Positions 1 through 11,151 of a DNA stretch of 64,000 nucleotides are shown here, in pieces. Position 1 is the first letter of the stretch. Each line of letters begins with the position of its first letter. A model generated the notes under the pieces. That model was not told the DNA's origin and did not search any database. It saw only the letters and a list, made by a program, of their open reading frames with translations. Made by a program: the position numbers and the translations under genes. The DNA comes from Eledone cirrhosa (taxonomy: Eukaryota): contig CAXHJY010000529.1 in assembly GCA_964016885.1 (NCBI GenBank), positions 39,025 to 103,024 of the forward strand, read 5' to 3'.

Positions 1-150
1 GATACTCTATAGAGTACAACAACAATGACAAACACAGCATTGCTTAGCTAGCAGCGATACTCTATAGAGTACAACAACACTGACAAACACAGCATTGCTT
101 AGCTAGCAGCGATACTCTATAGAGTACAACAACACTGACAAACACATCAT
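1..150. repeat. 55-bp tandem repeat (~2.7 copies, truncated by the window edge)
   Basis: gatactctatagagtac recurs at 1, 56 and 111. Confidence 0.95.
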
Positions 151-1177
151 TGTTATTGTTGTTGTCTATCGAGATAAGAGCCATACTGATACTTTTGTTG
201 AAGCTAACGAGGAGACTTCCACTAACCAGAAATAACAACTAAATCTCTCTCAAATAACACACGACCGTTATACTGCAATAAAAAAAAATGATAGCATTAT
301 ATCATATAGCCTTTCATCTTTACGGGGTCGATAAAATAAAGTACTAGTAATACACTGAGTAATTGCTGGCCTTGTGCCAAAAGTAGAAACAACTATATAA
401 TATATCTCTAGATACGTCATCTGAATGAAAGACGGGATGTTCATGAATGGAAAGCCTTCATTCACACATGTTATTCACACATGTCTACTCTTGCTTTCTT
501 CTAACATTGACACAAGACAAGTAATTCTTAAAGTGCGAGATCGATTAATGCTTGATTGGTATTTTACTTTATCGATCCCGTAAAGATGAAAGGCAAAGTT
601 GACCTAGTTAGGATTTGAACTCAGAACATAAAGAGCCAAACCAAATACTGCTAAGCATTCGTCCGATGCCCTACCGACTCAGGCAATCCACTGCAGTTAA
701 GTTACAATAAGAATAAAAATGAAAGTCCTGCTTTATCTGGCTTTGATTAGTCATTGATAAAAGAGGAAGTATGACATCGTAGTCCTCATTTGAGTTTATT
801 GTGGTGGGTATATATGGTTAACTTGGACAGCAGGATGTCTCGAGATACTTGTTGAATATATCTAGAGCCACTCCCTGGAGATCTATTGAATTTTTTGATT
901 GTATGATTAGATACACAAAAACAAGCTAACACATACACAGACAAACACGTACACAGTCACAGACGAACATACACACACACACATACGTATTTTTGATTTC
1001 TTTCGCTACATTCGAATCAACATATCTAGTGGGACTGGCTACCTGTGAAACCGAGGTCATGCCCAAGAGAGAGCCAGTATAAACAATAGTTGCTCCAAGA
1101 CAGTTTTTGAGGGAATCCATTCAATATTTCTTTGAAAAAAAATCATTTTCTGCAGAAGAGTGACTTCTATCTTTTAA

Positions 1178-1611
1178 TACTTTAGCATTTAAACCGGCCA
1201 TATCCGGCCAGAATTATCTCACCTCTTTCTATTCAAACCAGCTGTAACCGACTGCTCATACTGATGTTAAGGTATTGTTCTCAAAATAAATAATATCAAA
1301 ATCTCATAGATTCAAAATAAAGTTAGATAATTATGTAAGGTAAAGCCTTTACTATGAAACTATAATAGTATATATAGAGTAATGTAAATGTTATGTGATA
1401 TTTATGTAAGGTAAAGCCTTTACTATGAAAATATAATAATATATATAGAGTAATGTAAATGTTATGTGATATTTATGTAAGGTAAAGCCTTTACTATGAA
1501 AATATAATAATATATATAGAGTAATGTAAATGTTATGTGATATTTATGTAAGGTAAAGCCTTTGCTATGAAAATATAATAGTATATATAGAGTAATGTAA
1601 ATGCTAAAGGG
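1178..1611. mobile_element. piggyBac-like MITE containing a 71-bp tandem array
   Basis: TTAA flanks at 1174-1177 and 1612-1615. TIRs tactttagcattt / aaatgctaaaggg. Confidence 0.6.
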
Positions 1612-1919
1612 TTAAGAGGTCCCGCAGTCACTACCCTAGGTTTCTAACTATGCTGTAATCACGTACTTTGTGACACAGACTTCATAATCAACCTTATCGA
1701 AGGCCCTTGTAAAGTGGAGATATAGATATCTACGTGTGAGCCTTTTAGTAACAGTTTCAACAGGCAGTTATAGTGAAATAAACGTTGTGTAAGTTGGAAG
1801 ACATGTCTGTTAACAAGTCATTTTATTTTAGGAACCTGATAAGTTCCTCCCTGATAACTCGTTCTTTGACTTGATATATACACACACACTATATATATAC
1901 ATATACATACATATACACA

Positions 1920-1962
<43 letters not shown>

Positions 1963-1976
1963 CATACATATACACA

Positions 1977-2015
<39 letters not shown>

Positions 2016-2093
2016 CATACATATACACACACTATATATATATATATATATATATACATATACACACACTATATATATATATACACACACACA

Positions 2094-2144
<51 letters not shown>

Positions 2145-2584
2145 ATATATATATATATATACACATACAACATATATAAACATATATATATACACACATA
2201 CAACATATATAAACATATATATATATACACACATACAACATATATAAACATATATATATATACACACATACAACATATATAAACATATATATATATATAC
2301 ACACATACAACATATATAACCATATATATACACAAATACACACACAACACATATATATATATACATATATATATACACTCACATACATTATACACACACA
2401 CACACACACACATTATATGGCAGTATTGGAGGGTCAGACATGCTTTCCAGCGTAGTTACGTCCCTTTACGATCTGAGTTCAAATCCCGCCGAGGTTAACT
2501 TTGCCTTACATCCTTACGGGGTTGATAAAATAAAGTACCAGTAATGTACTGGTTAATTTCTGGCCTTGTGCCAAAAGTAGAAAC

Positions 2585-2627
<43 letters not shown>

Positions 2628-3129
2628 CAAAATCTGTTTTAAGCAATTTGAGATAAGAGTCTCTTTCTTGCCTTACAAAATGTAAAACCTTTTTTTACAA
2701 CAGACACGTGATTGAAATATCAAATATTTGTACGGAAGGTAGAATTTATCGTTGAGTTCAGCTAAGTTCAACAACAACGACTACAACAACAACAACAACA
2801 ACAACAACGACTACAACAACAACAACAAGGACTACAACAACGACTACAACAGCAACAACAACAACAACAACAACAAGAACGACAGAAACGAAAGTCAATA
2901 TGATTAAAAATAAAACCACCAAAGACACGGCTTTCTGAGACTGACGCGCCTAAAATAACAAAATCATAGATTATGACAGTAAAGTAGAGATAGAGAGAAT
3001 GTGGTGGTGGTGGTGGTGGTGGTGAGGGGTGGGGTGGGGGGGGGGGTGAGATGTTACAGAAATGAGATGGTAATTTCTTTAAAGGAGAGAGAGTGAGGGA
3101 CATGTTATGGAGTGAAGGAAGATATTACA

Positions 3130-3172
<43 letters not shown>

Positions 3173-3237
3173 TAAGGACAAGCAGACATTTTAGAATAGC
3201 TAATTACAGAGCTAAATGTGAAGTGTGAAAACACTCC

Positions 3238-3660
3238 TTGGAGAGTCTAGCTTTATTATAGAGATACGTTGGAGAGTCTAGCTTTATTATAGAGATACAT
3301 TGGAGAGTCTAGCTTTATTATAGACATACATTGGAGAGTCTAGCTTTATTATAGAGATACGTTGGAGAGTCTAGCTTTATTATAGACATACATTGGAGAG
3401 TCGAGCTTTATTATAGAGATACGTTGGAGAGTCTAGCTTTATTATAGACATACATTGGAGAGTCGAGCTTTATTATAGAGATACGTTGGAGAGTCTAGCT
3501 TTATTATAGACATACATTGGAGAGTCGAGCTTTATTATAGAGATACATTGGAGAGTCTAGCTTTATTATAGAGATACATTGGAGAGTCTAGCTTTATTAT
3601 AGAGATACGTTGGAGAGTCTAGCTTTATTATAGAGATACGTTGGAGAGTCTAGCTTTATT
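3238..3660. repeat. 31-bp minisatellite (~13.5 copies)
   Basis: Unit ttggagagtctagctttattatagagatacg. Confidence 0.95.
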
Positions 3661-3804
3661 TTATATTTTTACTACACTAGTGAGGTCGACATCAAAGTTA
3701 TACAATTATACAAAAAACAAAACCTGACAAAGGGCAGAAGAACTCATAAGAGTCAACGGCTATCCGAAAGTGTGTAAATATGTATATACACATGTACCGC
3801 GCGA

Positions 3805-4060
3805 TTAAACCACTGGGAGTGAAGGACCCCTAGCCTTTGTCAGGGCATTCTTCTAGGAGAAAGCAACTCAGGAAACTGGGATAACTCCGACATAAAACCT
3901 GCGGCTCAGTAGTTACCGATGATGTTGATCTTTTTTTCTTTTCGGGTTATAGCTACTGTCTCTCAGAGAGTGGGATTGGCTCAGTGCACAGTCTTTCCTC
4001 ACTTTAGGAAAATATCTTCACGCACAGGCATTGCACGATAGAATTAACTAATAATTATTA
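3805..4060 (+). mobile_element. Possible RTE-type LINE 5' UTR fragment
   Basis: gggcattcttctaggagaaagcaactc...taaaacctgcggctcag...ctttcctcacttta resembles RTE 5' UTRs as I recall them. No ORF. Confidence 0.35.
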
Positions 4061-4119
4061 ATAATGGTATATCGTGCAATGGCCATACTCGATAACGAGG
4101 GACCAGCCATCATATATAT

Positions 4120-4975
4120 ATAGTGAAAAATTGAACGGGAACAAAACAGAGAGGCAATACGAACAAAGGTTTATTAATTTCACGCTCTTGAGAGTGGGGT
4201 GGTGGTGGGGAACGACGTTTCGGGCATAAGCCCTTCTTCAGGTGAAAAGTGTGTGGGAAGAGAGTTCAAAGGGTGTGTAGGGGAGTGGTGGAGAGACATA
4301 TAGCAAAAAGGGGGTGAGAGGAAACGGTGCAAATGAAATTAAAAATAAAGGCATGATCAAAATATAATTAAAATGAGGTAAAACAGGTGGTGGAAGGGTG
4401 TGGGGCGTGTAGGGGTGGTGGCGGGTGGAGTGGGGAGAGGGAGACGGGGTGTCCGAGCGGGGAGGGCTGAAGGTGGTGTGTGTGTGTAGGTGTACGTGTG
4501 TATGTGAAAGCAAGGGTTGGGGGAAGAACGGGGTTGCATGTTCAGAAGATGTGTGTGGGATGGGGTGTAGGTCGGAGTGTGCGCGCGTGTGTGGATAGAG
4601 GATTCCGGAGGCTGAATGTGTAAATGTGTGGTGGTACGCACGTGTGTGTGTGGTGTTTATGCGTGTTGTGTATGTTGGTGGCGTGTGGGAAAAATATTTT
4701 TGGGGGGTGTATGTTGGGGGGTGAGTCGTAAAGGTATTTCCGTAAAAAGATGTGGTGGAATGCTGAGTAAAATCCTTGGGATGCGGTAGATTCTCGGGAT
4801 CAAGGTTCACACATGTGTAATCCGTGAAGAGATTGGCCGGAAGATGGGAGATGTGGGGTGCGCGCGCAACAGGAAGTGGTCAGAGGGTCAAGGCAGGAGG
4901 AGGGTTGTGTGTCTGTGTGTGCGGGGAGGTGGTCAGAGAGGCATAGCAGCACTAGGGTAGAATGCTAAGTGAAGA
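4120..4975 (-). mobile_element. 5'-truncated Penelope-like element (PLE) end with a minimal hammerhead
   Basis: Bounded by (TA)n on both sides. Contains the HHR at 4214-4241 and the gcgtgaaattaata tail motif. Visibly homologous to 63420-63618. Confidence 0.65.
4214..4241 (-). ncRNA. Minimal type-I hammerhead ribozyme
   Basis: Minus strand reads CTGAAGA-A-GGGC-TTAT-GCCC-GAAAC-GTC: intact core, 4-bp helix II, palindromic ACGT helix III, GUC cleavage triplet. Confidence 0.8.
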
Positions 4976-5225
4976 AAGTATATATATATATATTGACGGG
5001 ACTAGCATAAGGTTTCCCTGCTAGTAGCGGTTGCATCTCAGCGCACTCAATATATATATATGTATGTGTGCGTGTATGTGTGTGTGTATGTATGTGTGTG
5101 TATGTGTATGTGTGTGTGTATGTGTGTAGATAGAGAGAGAGAAATACAATTACATACATGTGACATTCTATTTATTAATTACATAATAAAGAGAAACGTC
5201 ATTTACAGTGAATGGCGATCAAACC

Positions 5226-5530
5226 GAGACATGTAGGTAGAAGACATGTGGGTAGGTAGAAGACCTGTGGGTAGGTAGAAGACTTGTGGGTAGAGGGAGA
5301 CATGTGGGTAGGTAGAAGACTTGTGGGTAGAGGAAGACATGTGGGTAGAGAGAAGACTTGTGGGTAGAGGGAGACATGTGGGTAGAGGGAGATATGTGGG
5401 TAGGTAGAAGACATGTGGGTAGAGGGAGACATGTGGGTAGAGGGAGACATGTGGGTAGGTAGAAGACATGTGGGTAAAGGGAGACATGTGGGTAGGTAGA
5501 AGACATGTGGGTAGAGGGAGACATGTGGGT
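5226..5530. repeat. 18-19-bp minisatellite
   Basis: Units agacatgtgggtagaggg / agacatgtgggtaggtaga. Confidence 0.9.
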
Positions 5531-6034
5531 TGATAAAGACATGTACAAACAGACTGTCAATTTATTGTCGAGTTTCGATTAATTCATAAAGAAAGCAGTC
5601 AATAGGAATTATGACGTCATCCAATTGATCTTTAATCATATTGGGCCATCATTCATTGTCATTCAATACGTATTTGATCACATTAGGTCACCGTTTACAA
5701 TAATTCCGTCCATCATATCGATCTCAATTATTATTTTAATATAGTACATACTTTATTGATTTGTAGTTATTGAACCTCTACATTAATCGATAAAAAAGAG
5801 GTTTTTAAATATCATAAACACAGACACATCCATAATCAGTTACCTGCAGGTTTAGGGTCCTTCAGATTTAGGTATTCAGCTCCCTGTACCAAGAGGACTG
5901 AATATAAGTATATACAATTATATAGCCTGTTTGTAGGTCAGACAACAACATTTATGAGAGGCCATATGCCCTGGGTGGTCGGGTGACCCAAGACTGAATG
6001 TCTTTATATAATTGTTTATTGTGCATACAAATAT

Positions 6035-6235
6035 ATAGCCTGCTTGTAGGTCAGAGAACAGCATTTTGGGAGAGGTCATCCGTCCTTGCTAACTTGTTTG
6101 TAGGTCAAACAACAGCATTTTGGGGGAGGTCATCTGTCCTTGCTAACTTGTTTGTAGGTCAAACAACAGCATTTTGGGGGAGGTCATCTGCTCTTAATAA
6201 CTTGTTTGTAGGTCAGACAACAATATTTTGGAGAG
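6035..6235. repeat. 54-bp tandem repeat
   Basis: Unit ttgtttgtaggtcaaacaacagcattttgggggaggtcatctgtccttgctaac. Confidence 0.9.
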
Positions 6236-6928
6236 ACCTTTGTGGATCTGTGAGGGCTCCTCAGTTAACCTTAGATATTCAGTTCACTGTAACAGAATGA
6301 TTGAACACCTTATATATAATACTATATGTATCTGTTACCTATCTTAAACCGCCTTAACCTTAATATAGTAACTTGTCTTTATAATTCTTCTTTCATCCGA
6401 CACCTTTGTGGTAAATAAAAAGAAAAATCGTCATCGACATTATTAGTACCAGTAACAAACTGGGGTCGGTTTAATCGACTTTCCCGTCCCCAAAATTGCT
6501 GGCCTTGTGCCCAAATCTGAAACCTGTATTAGTATTAGTATTAATCGTATTATGGTTCTACATGATAGTATTTCATATTTCATTCATGACACGGATAAAT
6601 AGATAGAGAGAGAGTGAGAGAGAGTGAGAGAGAGAGTGAGAGAGAGTGAGAGAGAGAGAGAGAGTGAGAGATAATAAAGATAAGAGAATGTTAAAGTTAA
6701 AGTGAAGGGGAAAAAATAGTCACGAAGCAATTTAACAGATTGAGAGGAGTGGTGGGAGGAGGTGTCGTTAGAGAAGAGGGGTGGGGAGTGTCAGAGGAGG
6801 GGGTTGGGGGATAGAGAGGGGAGGGGAGGGGGAGCGGTATGTGGGAGGAGGAGGGAGGCATGCAGGAAAGGAAATGTTGTAAGATTAATGAATAATGTAT
6901 ATAAAACAAAAACGAAGCTAATTGCGGA

Positions 6929-6951
6929 TAGTAGTAGTAGTAGTAGCATAA

Positions 6952-7005
<54 letters not shown>

Positions 7006-7006
7006 C

Positions 7007-7050
<44 letters not shown>

Positions 7051-7098
7051 CATAATAGTAGTAGTAGTAGTAGTAGCATAATAGTAGTAGTAGCATAA

Positions 7099-7140
<42 letters not shown>

Positions 7141-7395
7141 CAGTAATAGTAGTAGTAGCAGTAGTAGTAGCATAATAGTAGTAGTAGTAGTAGTAGTAGT
7201 AGTAATAGTAGTAGTAGTAATAGTAGTAGTAGCAGTAATAGTAGTAGTAGTAGTAATAGTAGTAGTAGTAGTAATAGTAGTAGTAATAGTAGTAGTAGTA
7301 GTAATAGTAGTAGTAGCAGTAATAGTAGTAGTAGTAGTGTAGAGTGGTAGTAGTAGTAGTAGTAGCAGTAGTGAGAATGTGAAATAGTAGTAGTG
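6929..7395. repeat. (TAG)n microsatellite
   Basis: Directly visible. Confidence 0.98.
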
Positions 7396-7675
7396 GTTAT
7401 GTGGTTCTATTTAGATATAAATGTTTCCGGACATCGTTAAAGAACGAACCTATATGTACTCACTTGACCTGCTAGAAATAGCAGTCAAATCTCGACTTCC
7501 ACTAAACCATCATAGAAAAAAATGTTTGGTTTAATTGAAATAGTGTTGTCCTGGAAACGAGGACTGACTATGAAGGAGTGATGCTAGAGTTGTAAAATCT
7601 TGAATGCACCAATTTCAACTTATCTTATTAATAACTGCATTGTTTCTTTCCAGGGACTATGTTGAAAAATAACCC

Positions 7676-7963
7676 TCATTTGGTCATTCCATGAGAATAT
7701 CTTGGTCAGCCTATGAAATTTTTAAAAAATAAATTTCATTTCGTCATTCCATGAGAGTATCTTGGTCAGCCTATGAAATTTTTAAAAAATAAATTTCATT
7801 TCGTCATTCCATGAGAATATCTTGGTCAGCCTATGAAATTTTTAAAAAATAAATTTCATTTCGTCATTCCATGAGAGTATCTTGGTCAGCCTATGAACCT
7901 TTTAAAAAGTATACTTCATTTGGTCATTCCATGAGAGTATCTTGGTCAGCCTATGAAATTTTT
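7676..7963. repeat. 60-bp tandem repeat (~4.8 copies)
   Basis: gtcattccatgagaatatcttggtcagcctatgaaatttt recurs on consecutive 60-nt lines. Confidence 0.95.
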
Positions 7964-8960
7964 AGCCGACCCATGTACACTATGTGTAAAGGAAAAAAAT
8001 TCAGGAGGATCGTGGCTTGAATTTCCCGCTTAAATTTGAACCTTACAATGAACCGATGTTAAAATAATATAAGTTACAATGTAAACCTCAAGTAAGTGTT
8101 ATGTTTCTAAACAGAACGGAGTGAAACTACGAAGAAATGTTTAAATATTCGGCTGGATTACGTTACAGCGCCATCTGCCACTCTTCCTACGGATGTATTC
8201 AGTTAAAGGCGTCACATTTATTTAAACATTTGAAACAAGAAGCTGAAGAAGTCATTTAAAATTTTGTTTCTCGTGGATGTTTTTGAAAAGTTCAAGAAAC
8301 GATCTAATTAGTATCCATAGCACTTGCACAGCAGACAAATCAGCAAGTACTGAGACATCACGGCTGCATTGGAATTTCAAACACCATTCAAGGGTTTCAT
8401 AGAAAGGTAAATATCAACTAAGTCTTTTACATCTGTCGCCGACAAGGATACGAAAAACGATACTACAAACCAACTACCGCTGATCTCCAAGGGTTCTCTG
8501 ACACCACAACTAGATAGGAATTGGCAGCAACTATATATATATATCAAACTAAACAAATCAAGTTTGTGCTAGTACGCCGAAATTTCTCACTCAGTGGGAC
8601 GGGGGTGTATTTTTGTTAAGAGGTGCCTACTGACTGTAGGTTTCGCTTTGTACTTAGGCAAGGCGGGTCTTATATATACTAATAATAAATGTGAAGACTA
8701 AAATCCAAAGAGGGCTCGATAAGGATAAATATATATCAAATATATAAGAAACTTAGAGCAAATATTTATTAAAATAACAGATTAAAGTTTAAGCAAAGAA
8801 TCGCTGCTTTCACCCTTAACGGGAGTTTCAGACGATCCCGTTAAGGGTGAAAGCAGCGATTCTTTGCTTAAACTTTAATCTGTTATTTTAATATATATAT
8901 ATCTATATATATATATATATATATAACGTTGTGACAGATAACTCCATTAATTCGGGAATC

Positions 8961-9053
8961 CACAAGTCTGATGAGCTAGCGATTCCAGAGTCAGGCATGA
9001 TCACTCCTGATCGTACCTTGAGTTGATCGATCGTGAAACGCGCGTCGCGTGTG
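8961..9053 (+). ncRNA. Hammerhead ribozyme with expanded (60-nt) domain II
   Basis: CACAAGT-CTGATGA(8968)-60 nt-GAAAC-GCGC-GTC-GCGTGTG. Helix I pairs 6/7 counting G-U, helix III is the palindrome ACGCGCGT, and AATAAA follows immediately. Confidence 0.6.
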
Positions 9054-10845
9054 AATAAACACAATGATGTTATGTTGATACTTCTTTCCTACTCCATATA
9101 TGTGTGTGTGCGTGTGTGTACAATATATATATATATGTATATAATAGAATATAACCTATAATACACCACACGCACCCACATTTATATCTGTGTCTTGTTT
9201 ATATATATATATGTATCGTACTAAAGTTATAATTAGCCGTTTACACTCTACTAAGACCAATTATAAATAACAAATAAAAAAGAGCCAACCGGTGTAAAAC
9301 AAGTTACAAACGTCACCCCATAATATGCCCGGAGAACAAATATCAATGTTAATATGTCTGTACCAACAAGCTGAATCACTGATAACAATGATTAATAATG
9401 TTAAAAACTGACTAAAATTCCGGTTTGAAAATAAAAAATATTAAAAGCAGATGTCTAGACGAATTAATTTATAAAATAATAAAACATTTGTCTTAAACGT
9501 AACCAGCGATTATAAGACTGTAGAAGCAGCTTTTAATGTGTATTTGTGTTTGTGTGAAAGTGCGTGTGTGTGTGTGTGTGTGTTTTTGTTTGTTTGTTTG
9601 TTTGTTGAAATTTTATAGCTGGAGTTGTAATAATGGAAAGTAGTGTAATAATTATTATAAGAGGCAACCGAAATTTATAGCTAAATCAAACCGGTTATCC
9701 ACTAGAATTGGTTTACCATACAGATATAGTCATTATAATTTAAAATTGATAGCTATATGCTGTAAGACTTGTAGCTGAGTGGTTAGAGAATTGGATTCAC
9801 TACCGCGAGGTAGTGAATATGATTCCCAGCTCGAGCGATGCGTTATGTTCTTGAACAAGATACTTTATTTTACGTTGCTTTTTTCTGCCAGGAGTTGCGA
9901 CAGGGAGATTGTATAAGTATATTGGAAAGACTAATGGACACATTGTTTCATTGATCCAATCTGACGAGTTCCACTCCACTCGGTATACGAATGAAGTCTG
10001 GGGTCTTGTCGTTCATTGGTGGATGTACAGATATGCTGTAACATTTTCTAAGAGTTCATTTATCAGTGGTTCTCTTGCATAAAATCACGTAGACTTCATT
10101 CTAGGTTCTAGTAGGTAATGACGTCATTCCATTCCCAAAACTATGTAGATTACGAGGTAGCATTTTCCGCCTTTTTCTTAGCTGCGTTCCAAAAGAAACA
10201 GGCGTGCTTATGGCACCGGATATTGAAATTATTGGTAATTACCTCAATGTGTTCCTTCTGCGTGGCTAAGGTATTAACAAAATATATTTATACAGTTCTA
10301 TTTACTCTTTTATCTGTTCCAGCCATCCGGCTGAGGCCATGCTGGGGTACCGCCCTTATTTAGTTATGAAAGTTTAGACAATTTCAATTATCATTATTAT
10401 TTCTGTTAATTATTTAATTCAACCAAATTAGACGAAGCAACAATATTCAGGGCTGGATTAGGTACGACAGAGATAGTTTCAGGTTATTTCTATTAGATAT
10501 TCCTTGTATGTATTTATGTCGTAAATATACCTCGGTCCTAGGTGGAGCTACTGTAGAGATTCTTAAAGTGGGCGCTACAACCCCCCCCCCCCGGGTGAGA
10601 AGCTCCAGGGGGCCCCGTAAAAATGATATAATAGTATATTAAATATCAATCGATACATATTACAGTAAAATTCCGTTATAACGAAATTCACGTGGTATAA
10701 AAAAAATTCGCTGTAACGAAAAATTCTTCATAACAAGATCAACCTAACACATTGAACGTGTGTGTGGTCGGGGGGGGGGGATTTCATTTAGACATTATAG
10801 TATCTATATATATATATATATATATAGACACTATAATGTCTAAAT

Positions 10846-10889
<44 letters not shown>

Positions 10890-10989
10890 TATATATATAT
10901 AACGAAGAAAATGTGGTAAGGAACCAGGTGGACCATAACGCACCAAAGTACTCAATACTTAGGGTAGTAGAGTGGGGTCCTACTCGTTC

Positions 10990-11020
<31 letters not shown>

Positions 11021-11118
11021 CTATATATATAGTTAGAATTAATACATAGAGCACTCTTTTTTCCTTTGATTTTCCTTCGGAATTACCTATATATATAGAT
11101 AGCGTCTATCTCTCTCTC

Positions 11119-11151
<33 letters not shown>

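Noticed and set aside
3238-3660. Regular 31-bp repeat resembling a CRISPR array
   Set aside because: Units are contiguous with no unique spacers, there are no cas genes, and the context is eukaryotic.
4238-4810. 190-aa H/T/P-rich ORF as a PLE protein
   Set aside because: Compositionally biased, with no RT or GIY-YIG motifs. More likely the untranslated part of the element.
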